DNA of 64,000 bases, taken from NCBI GenBank assembly GCA_964016885.1, contig OZ024745.1, forward strand, positions 98,642,001-98,706,000. Direction: 5' to 3'. Below the pieces are notes generated by a model, which saw nothing but the letters and a program-made list of their open reading frames with translations, ran no database searches and was not told the origin of the DNA. The stretch comes from Eledone cirrhosa. Its lineage: Eukaryota. Below are positions 1 to 11,295 of the stretch, one piece after another (position 1 is the stretch's first letter; the number at the start of each line of letters is the position of its first letter). A program made the position numbers and the translations under genes.

Positions 1-1875
1 GTACTTAATCGGAGTCACAGACCTCTCAGACAAGCTATGGACTGCATCTCACTCAACAGAGCGCACTGGGTGCATTTTATTTTGGCACCAGCACTGGGGA
101 GGTTGTCATGTCTTTGACACAACTGAAGAGTTCAGATCCTGCTATGGTCTTATTGAGGGTAAACCTAATCCATCACTTAGTTTATCATCACCACCTGGCA
201 CCATGGGTGCCTTTAGCAGAGCCCAGTCTGAGGCAAGCATTCAGAGGTCTATGGTTTGAGGATACCTTCCTCCCTCACTCCATCCTACCAGTCAAGGGGT
301 TCTAAAATAAAGATAAATGTACAGCCATTTCCTTAAAACCTTTTACCACAAAACAGTCATACAGTCCTATCCTGATGAGATTTGGAATGAGGAAAAAAAA
401 ACATTGCTTTTTAAACAAGAAACTGAGGCTTCTGTAATGTTGGTTTCTGATTTAGGCATAAGACCAACAATTTTTGGGGAGGAGAAAGTCGATTAAATTG
501 ACCCCAGTGCATTACTGGTACTTTATTTTATCAACCCCATCAGGATGAAAGGCAAAGCTAACCTCAATTTGAACTCAGATCACAAAGGGGAAGGGGTGTA
601 ACCCTATGCCATAAAGCATGTCAGATGCTCTACCAATACTGCCAATCAAAAATAGTCTTAGGCTTCTGTAATATTAAATCATTTTTAATTTCCTTGTTTT
701 TGTTTCACAAATGTCTTAAAAAATCATATTTTCTTGACATAAAATAAATCAAGCTGAGAGCCATCAAATTGATGTCTTCCACTCTATATCAGAATTTAGG
801 AAACTAACATGTTCAACTAGAAAGTCATGGTTTAATTCTTATGAAAACTGTTTTTCTTTATCCCATAATCTCTTACAAAAATAACACTAGACAACAGTTT
901 AGAGGAAAATAAGGTCACCAATACACAATCATTATTTTTTAGCATGATTGTTATTGTTGATAATAAAGTAGTTATGACCTGCACCAGCAGTTCAGTATTA
1001 AATAACATTAACAACAACAATTATGATAAAGAAACATTATACCAGACATAAAAATAAACATAAATTTCTAATCTAAAATATAATTATATAACATCCATGT
1101 TGCAACAAAGAAAATTAGAAGAAACTATAGAAAGAGAGAAACATTCATTTATGGTTTTTTTACACTAATTACTAAGCATGTAGCTTAGTGGTTAGTGTAC
1201 TGGCATGATCAGGTGTTCAATTCTCAAATGAAGTGCGATGCTATGTCCTTGAGCAAAGCACTTCATTTCACGCTGTTCCAGAGCACTCAGCTGAAAAAAA
1301 TGAGTATCAGCAACAGCAGTTGGAAGTTAATCTTAAGATGGACTGGTGTCCCATCCCCAAGGGTATCTTGTACTTTCAATTACTTAACACCCAATAGAAA
1401 CCAGGATAAGCTCTGGCCTGATAAGATTTAAAGGTCAAGAAAAACGTTTTTTTTTTAACATTACTCCTAGTCAAGGCTAACACTACCATTAAGGCCAACT
1501 AGGCAGCTTCCTAAGGTGCAGATCTCAGAAAGATGCATCACTGAACCTGAAAGGGTCACAGTTTTATACAAATTTGTATAATTAAATAAAATATATAATA
1601 ATTTCCTATTATCAATTAAAAAGAAAAAAAATCACTAAATATATTTTCCCTGAAGTAAACATTGTGAAAATATCCAAATCAATGGTGATTGTTGTATGGT
1701 ATATGGCATGGTGGGGTGTGGACTATGTAGTAGAAAATATAGGCTTAGTAATTTTCTTAGTGCACATCGTCAGAGCAAGATATATCAAAAACTAGGTTTG
1801 TCAGCTTGCCAAATTGTAAGTTGAAAATATTTTATTTGGAAGAATGAGACAAATAACTGGAAGAAGAGAGTACAC

Positions 1876-2027
1876 ATTATAGAGCTAGCCTAGGGCACTA
1901 AATACCCAAGAGTACTGGCCCAGTACCTGGTGGTACTATCACTGAAGAAATGATTATTATAGAGCTAGCCTAGGGCACTAAATACCCAAGAGTGCTGGCT
2001 CAGACACTATCACTGAAGAAATGATTA
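1876..2027. repeat. 80-bp period tandem duplication
   Basis: 'attatagagctagcctagggcactaaatacccaagagt...actatcactgaagaaatgatta' occurs twice, at 1876 and 1956. Confidence 0.85.
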
Positions 2028-2124
2028 CAAAGAAAGGTAAGATTGATATTGCTTTCAATAATCTGAACCTTTTATAGCAGCAACATTGCATGCTAAAGAC
2101 ATGGGAAGACTGTTTGACCACCAA

Positions 2125-2877
2125 TCATCATCATCATCATCATCACCGTTTTACGTCCGTTCTTCCACGCTAGCATGGGTTAGACGGGTTGTCCTGTTGT
2201 GGGCAGTGTCTGGTCGGCTGACCATGCCTTGCTCATACAGGAACTGATCTGGCTTGATTTCTACAGCTGGATGCCCTTCCTAACACCAACCTCATTTACA
2301 GTGAGTGCTGGGTGCTTTTTCGTGGCGCCTACACGTCCACTTTACAGTGTGGGCTGGGTGCTTTTTTGCCGTGGCACCTCCACGACCACCTTGCGGTGGG
2401 GGGGGGGGGGGGCATATTGTTTATATGCTTCAGCATGTACCCATGGGAGGTCGGGTACCCTGTATTACTGCGTGACGCCAGAAGTCACGGTCGTGTGTCA
2501 TTGACTTTGAGAGGTGTAGTTGGGTAAGGTCGGCTTTTATCACCTCATCCCAAGTCATCTTGGGTCTCCCCACTCCGCGGTTTCCATCAACTTCTAGTGC
2601 TCTGCACCTTTTTATGCAGCTGTCATCCTTCATACGCATCACATGTCCATACCAGCGTAACCGCCTCTCCTGCACGCAGCATTTGATTCCTCTTATGCTC
2701 AGTCTCTCTCTCAATTCATTTATGCTTTGTCGTTCACGTATATTACTGTTACACATCCATCGGAGCATGCAGGCTTCGTTTCTCTCTAATCTACGTAAGT
2801 CTTCCACCTTCAGCGCCCAGGTCTCACTACCATGCAACATCGCTGTTCGGATACACGCATCATACAGTCTGCCTTTC
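2125..2877 (-). mobile_element. 5'-truncated RTE LINE copy (RT C-terminus, 3'UTR, (GAT)n tail), nearly identical to 34628-35388
   Basis: ORF 2430..2840 (MLHGSETWALKVEDLRRLERNE...RLRWYGHVMR) matches the end of the 1036-aa ORF. It has a (CAT)n tail at 2125-2145 and sits in a ~28-bp 'acatgggaagactgtttgaccaccaat' minisatellite. Confidence 0.95.
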
Positions 2878-3342
2878 TATTTGATCACTATTTGATCACT
2901 ACTACATGGGAAGACTGTTTGACCACCAATACATGAGAAGACTGTTTGACCACCAATACATGGGAAAACTATTTGATCACTACTACATGGAAAATCTATG
3001 TTTGATCATTGCTACATGGGAAGAATGTATGTTGCGTATTGAACTTGTATTGAGTGTTATCTAACAAGTGCTGTGTAATTGTTTAATTATTTACTCCCAG
3101 GTCCCAAATAATAGGGAAGGTTAGAATAAGCAGGGGAGTTGGACATTTGCTTAAATTCTTATAAGCGGAGGATTGGAATGAAAGCGGGGGGGGGGGGGGA
3201 AGCAAAAATCAGTAATTGTATAGTGTACGTTCGTAAACATGGGATTTCTTGTAATGTTCTTTTTTTGTCATATATAATGTTTTTTTAATGTAAAATAAAA
3301 TTATTAGATTCTTCAGCAACTTAATCACAATGAATCACTTAC

Positions 3343-3400
3343 AATAAAATTTTGGCAGAGATAGATAAGCAAAATTTAATAAGCAGGGGGTATTCAAGAC
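3343..3400 (-). CDS. Candidate internal coding exon (GLEYPLLIKFCLSISAKIL)
   Basis: Acceptor ttactctcag and donor GTAAGT. Its phase-1 start is compatible with the candidate exon at 4831-5027. No homology confirmed. Confidence 0.35.
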
Positions 3401-3684
3401 CTGAGAGTAATAACAGCCAATCATAATACAATAGTGTGTTTCAAGTGTGCTTGTGTAAGTCATCTTCATGATATTTTTTGTGATGTTAATATCTCTGATA
3501 ATCTTTAATGCTTGTATTCTGACCAATGGCAGCCAAATTCCCCTAGGAAACTGAACTGGCGACAGTATTCATGAGTGTGTGTGTGTGTGGGGGGGGGACA
3601 TAAATTTAGCTAAACTATTACCACTGATGCTGCTTTTCCCCAATTTCATTTCTTTTTATTTCTAATTCCTTAGGGAATTCTTTG

Positions 3685-4510
3685 ACCAACAGTGTACCAA
3701 CAGACCCAGTGTACCAACAGACCCACAGTGTACCAACAGACCCACAGTGTACCAACAGACCAACAGTGTACCGACAGACCAACAGTGTACCGACAGACTC
3801 ACTGTGTACCAACAGACCCACAGTGTACCAACAGACCCACAGTGTACCAACAGACCCACAGTGTACCAACAGACCAACAGTGTACCGACAGACCAACAGT
3901 GTACCGACAGACCAACAGTGTACCAACAGACCAACAGTGTACCAACAGACCAACAGTGTACCAACAGACCAACAGTGTACCAACTGACCCACAGTGTACC
4001 AACAGACCAACAGTGTACCAACAGACCAACAGTGTACCAACTGACCCACAGTGTACCAACAGACCAACAGTGTACCAACAGACCAACAGTGTACCAACAG
4101 ACCAACAGTGTACCAACAGACCAACAGTGTACCGACAGACCAACAGTGTACCAACAGACCAACAGTGTACCGACAGACCGACAGACCAACAGTGTACCAA
4201 CAGTGTACCAACTGACCCACAGTGTACCAACAGACCAACAGTGTACCAACAGACCAACAGTGTACCAACTGACCCACAGTGTACCAACAGTGTACCAACA
4301 GACCCAGTGTACCAACAGACCAACAGTGTACCAACAGTGTACCAACAGACCAACAGTGTACCAACAGACCAACAGTGTACCAACAGACCAACAGTGTACC
4401 AACTGACCCACAGTGTACCAACAGTGTACCAACAGACCCAGTGTACCAACCGACCCACAGTGTGCCAAAAAATCCAGTGTGTCAGATCTACGATGTGTAA
4501 ACAGACCCAC
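3685..4510. repeat. 19-bp minisatellite (agtgtaccaacagaccaac)n, roughly 40 units
   Basis: The tandem unit is directly visible and explains the long low-complexity ORFs on both strands (19-aa periodicity). Confidence 0.97.
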
Positions 4511-4830
4511 AATGCAATATAGTGGATTGATATGTAAGTATTAGCAGTCAAAGCACATGCAATTCAGTTGTATAGCAACCTATTCAGGTCATGTCAATGT
4601 GGGGGGAAATTGACAAAAACACTAGTAATGATAATATTTAACATATACAATGGAAAAATCAACTGCAGGTGCAACAATGAGCATAAGATCACGGAGTGAT
4701 TAGGTGATTAAGCCAGAAGAATCAATAAGATATAGTATCTAGGCAACAATATTAATGTGACAGGCAAATCTAATGAAAGTTGTATACTCTATGGTTCAAA
4801 AGGAGTGGAATAAGTTCAGATAACTCTTAC

Positions 4831-5027
4831 CTCTTTTAGTAATAAAAAGAAGTTTCTTTCTGCACACTAAACTCAAATCTTGACAAGGCGTATGTAAAAG
4901 GTGTGATGTTTGTATGTTTGAACACTGAGGACCTAGAGCAGAAGGAGCTGAATATAATCTGTTGAGTGTACAATATTGATATATGAGAAGTGCTGAATAC
5001 AAGTCAGTTGAGAAAGCATTTGAACAT
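4831..5027 (-). CDS. Candidate internal coding exon (CSNAFSTDLY...VCRKKLLFITKR)
   Basis: Acceptor cctcttcag, donor GTAAGA, 197-nt open frame in non-repeat sequence, and a phase that matches exon 3343-3400. Confidence 0.33.
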
Positions 5028-5059
5028 CTGAAGAGGTTACTGAACTTATTTGGATATAT

Positions 5060-5240
5060 AATTGTTTCTACATTTGGCACAAGGCCAGCAATTTACCCAG
5101 TACATTACTGGTACCTTATTTTATCGACCCCCGTAAGGATGAAAGGCAAAGTTAACCTCGGCGAGATTTGAACTCAGATCATAAAGGGACGCAACTCTAT
5201 GCTTCAAAGCAACCCTCTACCGATACTGCCAATCCACTGC
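5060..5240 (-). mobile_element. tRNA-derived SINE family A. Other copies at approx. 440-650, 6955-7145, 7560-7720, 29290-29540, 45065-45455 (two, +), 52770-52950, 53160-53335, 55270-55410, 59388-59570 and 61855-61955 (+).
   Basis: A box TGGCAGTATCGGT, B box GTTCAAATC, conserved core GCCTTTCATCCTTACGGGGTCGATAAAATAA(A)GTACCAG and an (AAT)n-type tail, repeated many times in the window. Confidence 0.85.
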
Positions 5241-5259
5241 CCTTTGGATATATAATGTA

Positions 5260-5645
5260 CCGTATATACTTGTATATAAGCCAAGAAATAAGTAACAAAA
5301 AGAAAATCAATGATAAGATGGAGGATGGGGTCAATAGTTTGCCAATTTTCTCAATTTTCAAAATTCTACATAAACAAGGTGCTAAAATAGTTTCGTTTTG
5401 GCAGTGAATAATACACTGGTTTCACTTTGGAGGTGATTATTACACCGGTTTCACTTCAGACGGTGAATATTGACCGGTTTCACTTGACGTGAAATTCATA
5501 TTTCCTATTGTTTTTATATGTTTTAAATGAATATGGCCTTGAAAAGGACAGAAATCGGTAAAAAAAATCATTACGTAATGGAGTTGTGAAACAGAAACTA
5601 TACTCTAATCATAAAATAGGTCAGCTTATATTCGAATATATGTGG
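5260..5645. mobile_element. Pogo/Tc2-like MITE
   Basis: Imperfect TIRs CCGTATATACTTGTATATAAGC / GCTTATATTCGAATATATGTGG flanked by TA, with internal 'ac(c/t)ggtttcactt' three times. Confidence 0.6.
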
Positions 5646-5659
5646 TAAATAGTGTTCAC

Positions 5660-6080
5660 ATACAGGTAACTAAGAGCAAATCATATGATGCTTGTGTTTG
5701 ATCTGCAATGCTGCTTGGCAGTAAGACATAGGCCTTGAGTAAAGAAGATTTGTGGCAGCTAAAAAGAAAGCATACATGTTTCGCAGGATGTGTAATGTTA
5801 GTGCACATGAACAAAACAGTACAAGAGCTGAGTATAAAAAGAATTGAATATAGCATGCATATAGAAACTTGCACTGGTATGGTTATATGATGTGTAAAGA
5901 AAGCAAGAGTTGTATAAAAAAAAAAGTGCCAAGTGCTGGAACCTATAGAAGAGCATGACCAAGGAAGAGATGGGACGAAGTTGTGAAGAATGAACTCAAG
6001 AAACTGAACTTCATAAAAGAGATGACAAAGACCAACAGGACCAAGCTAACTGGCAATATGCCATAAAGACCTGCTCCCAC
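5660..6080 (+). mobile_element. Degenerate RTE 3' fragment
   Basis: Decayed translation YDACV*SAMLLGSKT*AL...RPRKRWDEVVK resembles the RTE C-terminus. Confidence 0.7.
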
Positions 6081-6313
6081 TGTGATACTTTGAAATGTAT
6101 AATATATCATTCTTTTAGAGTTTCAACTTTTCTTCGCCCACTGGCCTTTGGACTACAAACTATTCAGTATCTGTTTAATAAGTACCAAATTGATTTCAAC
6201 TTGGTGAGTAATTAGAGTGCTAACAGTTTTGTCTTGCAATTAAATGATTAAAAAACTTCAGTTCAGTGTTTTGCATAAGTTATTACATAGACACAGCATG
6301 ACAAAAGAATTAA

Positions 6314-6534
6314 CCCTTTAGCATTGACATTACTCTATATATACTATTGTATTTTCACAGTAAAGGCTTTACCTCACATAATTATCTCACATAATATTGA
6401 ATCTATGAGATTTTGATATTATTTATTTTGAGAACAATACCTTAACATCAGTATGAGTGGCCAGTTACAGTCAGTTTGAACAGAAAGAGGCAAGAGAGTT
6501 CTGGCCAGATACGACCAGTTTAAATTCTAAAGGG
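6314..6534. mobile_element. piggyBac-like MITE. Other copies at approx. 14670-14866, 15053-15273, 45587-45783, 46245-46455, 46625-46830 and 56577-56775.
   Basis: TTAA|CCCTTTAG...CTAAAGGG|TTAA termini, a ~200-220 bp conserved body and several copies in the window. Confidence 0.85.
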
Positions 6535-8459
6535 TTAAAAAGTTTACTTTGCAATCATAAGGTCCAGGGTTTGATCCCACAGTATAGCATCTTCAGCTTT
6601 ACCATAGCTTCCGGTCAATCCAAGCCTTGTGAGGGAATCTGGGTAGACAGAAGCTCATCAAATGAATTCTATCTGTAATTCAAAGGGCCAGTCATATTAC
6701 ACACTGTGTCACACTGAATCTTCCTGAGAAGTACATTAAGGGTACACATGTTTGTGAAATGATCAGCTACATGGGACCAATATCATATAACAGAACATAT
6801 TACATTATATTCAGCTGTAGAAAACTTGCCAAACAGAGTCAGGAAGACCCTACAGATGTGACATAGACATGACAACCTCCCTAGTGTTGATGCCACAATA
6901 AAGTGCACACAGTCTGTAATAATGGACATTAAAGATTGATGGAGGTGATATAATAATTGTTTCTACTTTTGGCACAAGGCCAGTAATTATCCCAGTGTAT
7001 TACTGGTGCTTTATTTTATCGACCCCATAAGGATGAAAGGCAAAGTTAACCTCAGCAGCATTTGAACTCAGACCATAAAGGGCCGTAACTCTTTGTTGCA
7101 AAGCATGGCGCCAGACCCTCTACCGATACTACCAATCCACCACCCTATGGTGATATAATAATATTCTCAACAGGTATGGATTATTTTGTTAATCTAATTA
7201 ACAATGAAGTGGATATAATGACATTATCAAATTAAATGAAATAGTTTCAAGTGGAAATTAAAAATAAAAATCAAGGCCACACTACAGCACTTTTCACACG
7301 ATGGAGCCAATTCAAACATTTTTTTGTGATTCAATTAAATGGGAAATGTCTGTGGAATTAATGGAATGAGATATGTTTATTGTATAGGCTTTGTCAACTG
7401 AAAACTAATGACTCCACATGGGTGGTTGCTGTACTTGGTAGGGTGTGGCTTTGTGTTTATAATAATTTGTATTTATAATTTGTTTTCACTTCAGAGCAAA
7501 GTCAATTTCTTCCAGAGAAAAAGAGATAGAGGGAAGAAAGTAAAAAAGATATATAGAGGAAGAATTGACCCCAGTACTAAACTGGTACTTATTTTTATCC
7601 ACCTCAAAAGGATAAAAGGCAAAGTTGACCTTGGTGGGATTTGAACTCAGAGATACAGAGAGCCAAAACAAATACCGCAAAGTATTTCATTTGACATTTT
7701 AATGACTCCACCAATTCACCACACTTTATAATAATGTATTAAGTAGTTCAGAGATATCTTGTAATCATCATCATCATCATCATCATCATTGTTTAACGTC
7801 CATTTTCCATGCTAGCATGGGTTAGATGGGTTGTCCCATTTGAGGCAAGTTGGATCAGGTGACCGCATCTTGCTCATATAAGACGGTTTCTGGCTAGATT
7901 TCTACAGCTGGATGCCCTTCCTAATGCCAACCAAATTTACATTGTGTGCTGGGGGCTTTTTGTTGTGACACCTACATGACCACTTTACAGTGTGGGCTGG
8001 ATGTTTTTGAAATATTGCACAGAAACATTAAACTAATAGTTGGTTCTGTCCACAAGAGAATTTGAACCCAACACTAAAAGTATTAAAAGTGATATATGTT
8101 AATTCCATATTGTTGTCACTGGTTACACCGTGAATCATCATCACCATCATCATCAATTACCATCTGTTTTCTCAGCTAACAAAGATTGAACAGGTCATTA
8201 CAGACCAAGTCAGTACATAATTGGAGCCACTGATCTCTTAGAAGAGCTAGCACCCCAACATTCTACAGTGCACCAGATACATTTTATTGTGGCGCCAACA
8301 CTAAGGAGCTTGTCATGTCATTAACACAACTGAAGAGTCCTCTTGACCCTTTGTTTGGCAAATTTTCTCTGGCTGGGTGCCCTTCCTATCACCAACCATT
8401 TTACAGAGTTTACTAGGTGTGTTTTATCATGTTACCAACACTAAAAATATCAAGATCAT

Positions 8460-8800
8460 CTGGCTAACAATATCAGATCATCTGGAAGTGTTTGTGTCAT
8501 AGCTACTCTGTAGTATCAGTAGCTAAGAAGATCAGGTCATCTAAGAGTGTTTGTGTTAAGGCTACAATGCTGTAATAGTGGCTATCAAGTTTAAGCCATC
8601 AAGAAGTATGTCATAGCTACACTGCAACATCAATGGTTAACATGAGCAAGTCATCTAGAAGTGATTGTGTCATAGCTCCTCTGTAGTATCAGGCCATCTA
8701 GGAGTGTTTGTGTCATGGCTTCACTGCAGTATCAATAGTTATCAAGATCAAGACATCTAGAAGTGATTGCGTCATGGCTACACTGCTGTAGTAGTGGTTG
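8460..8800. repeat. Diverged ~55-60-bp tandem repeat
   Basis: Recurrent 'catctagaagtg(a/t)ttgtgtcatagctac...gtatca' units. Confidence 0.75.
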
Positions 8801-8851
8801 GTGGGAATCATTGAGTGATTTACTGGCAAGTCAACTCTGAATTAATAATAA

Positions 8852-9466
8852 CTAGCAGAATGGCCCGGCGTTGCTCGGGATTTACTCTAGGGTTCTTATA
8901 TATTTGATATATATTTATCTTTATCGAGCTTTGTGAAATAAATACGTTTGTTTATATTTTGTTATTGTGTATGCAAAAATATCTGTACAAGAATATATAT
9001 ATATTAAAATAATAGATTAAAGTTTAAGCAAAGAATCGCTGCTTTCACCCTTAACGGGATCTTCTGAAACTAAAAAAATCAATCTGTGAACACAGAAGTA
9101 AATATTTCGTAAAACGTTACACACTATATATATATATACACTATATATACATATATACACACATACACACATATAGCGTCATAATGTCGTAATGCAGACA
9201 GTCAGACATACAGACATATTATTATAAGGGCGCAACATTATATCTATGTATCTATCTAAAAAGAAAGACTAAAAATTATAGAGAGAGATCGCTAAATCGC
9301 CTAATACGGTCCCTAGGGCATTGAAAATTTGAAATATTTTGGGCTCAAAACACTCACAGGACCATAAGTATTACATGTGTAATGTTTGAAAACAATCGGT
9401 TGGGTGGTTCTCGAGTTTTAGGGAGTCAGACAGACAGACAGACATTCTCTGTTTTAGATATATAGA
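8852..9466 (-). mobile_element. Non-autonomous Helitron
   Basis: On the minus strand it starts with TC and ends with a CCCG-agcaacgc-CGGG hairpin followed by CTAG. It is inserted between A and T with no TSD, and has a (TGTC)n microsatellite near the 5' end. Confidence 0.8.
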
Positions 9467-10029
9467 TGGTGCAATAATTATCAGACTAACTGCATGAAAT
9501 AGGAAATGTTCTCAAGCAGATGATATTTCAACAAAACTAGTACAATATTTCTTACATTGTTCACATTATACTCATGTTAACAATGGCAGATTATCAAGGT
9601 CACACACATACATGATTTTACATATGTGTGAGTGCATATGAAGCTTCAGAATCATAAAGAGTTGGAAGTGGAAAGTTGTAATAATTTAGTAAAAGAAACA
9701 GAGATTCCAGCTAGGAATCAAATGTATGTTTATGAAAGGCCACTGTATTAAGCATGTATTTTATATATTAGAGGATGAGCAGTTGTACATCTGCCAAACT
9801 GATGACAACTGGAGATGAATTTCTGCAGATTTAAGATTGGGAAAATGTTAAGTGCAGTAGTTGAGTGAGGAAACACAATAGGGTAGAAGAGAAGTTCATT
9901 CATGTCATCTTCCACCATACTCAGTGTCACTCTTAGAACCTCCATCACTGTTGCCTCTTTGAACCTCCACACCTTTAGTCTTAGTTGATATTTTCACTGC
10001 TGAGCTCTCCTCCAGTCTTTCACACTAAA

Positions 10030-10295
10030 CAATGCTGTGTAACAGCCTGTCTCTTACTCAACCATGTACCATCAGTTAGTCAACAGTTGATGATGACCCT
10101 TCTAATGTGTGCATAATGAGTTTATTGTATTCTTTCTGGAATTGGGTGTTACAGATTGATATATCAGCTCCATCAGCAAACTCTAAAATCTGTTCACCAA
10201 CTTCATTCCTCACAACACACCCGTAGCCCTCATCGATTCTATCAAAACCATTCATACTCCTTCCCACATGTCCATTTAAATCCGCTCGTATCACA
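10030..10295 (-). mobile_element. Degenerate RTE AP-endonuclease fragment
   Basis: ORF 10076..10294 carries the ADLNGHVG...NEVGEQILEFA...CNTQFQK motifs. Confidence 0.8.
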
Positions 10296-11295
10296 ATGAA
10301 AAAGATGAAGAGTGGAAGGCAATAGAGCCAACATGAGTCGTGAGTGATATGTTAAAAGCAATGGGAAGGTGGGGTATGAAAAGGATGACTGTAGGTTGGT
10401 GGTGAAACAATACTGCATTCCAGTGGATTGAGGGTTGAGTACTCTCATCCCTCTGTACAAGAGGAAAGGCAATCCTCTAGACTGGTTTGTATAGAATAAT
10501 TAAGCTATAGAATTAAAATATTGGAAAGAGTGTTGGAGAAGAGGATAAGGAAAAAAATTAAAATTGATGAACTACAGTTTGAATTTGTGCCAAAAAGGAA
10601 CAACTGATGCAATTTTTATTGTGAAGTAGTTACAGAAGTACAGGGATAGATGGAAGAATTTGTTTTGGGGGATTGTTGATTTGGAGAAAGCTTTTGATAG
10701 AGTTCCACATAATGTAGTGACATGGGAATTGAGAGAGTTGGGAATGGAAGAATGGTTGGTTACAGTAGTAATAACAATGTATGAAAAACCATGTATAGTT
10801 GTAAAGATGAAGAACAGGAAGTGACAAGCTTGATGTGAAGGCTGTAGTGCATTAAGGATCAGTATTAAGCCCACTACTGTATGTAGTTGTGATGGAAGTA
10901 GTGATTCAAATTGTAAAGGAGGGTTTACTATAATAGTTGTTGTATACAGATGACTTGGTGTTAATAGCAGATGGTATGGTTGGACTGAGGGAGACGATGA
11001 ATAGATAGGAGTTTATGGAGACAAAAGTAATAAAGATAAATATTGGAAAGACATAGGTGGTGGCAAATGGTAAAGCATTTGGCGAGATGGAAAGTGGCAG
11101 TGTGCAAGAAGCGTGTTGGAGTGAATTGCATTAAATGTACCATGTGCACTGGAAGGGTACATCAAAACTGTCGTGCTTTGAAGGAAATATTAAATATTGC
11201 AGCTACATTTAAGTGTGAAATGTGTATGGCAGTGATGTTGATCTGGGTCTTGAGAATGGTGTGAAATGTTTTATTACCTTAGAGACATGTTAAAT

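Noticed and set aside
368-410. CTGATGA...GAAA motif
   Set aside because: No helix II, III or I pairing, so it is a chance match.
3685-4510. Regular repeat array resembling CRISPR, with long ORFs
   Set aside because: There are no unique spacers and no cas genes, and the context is eukaryotic. It is a simple minisatellite.
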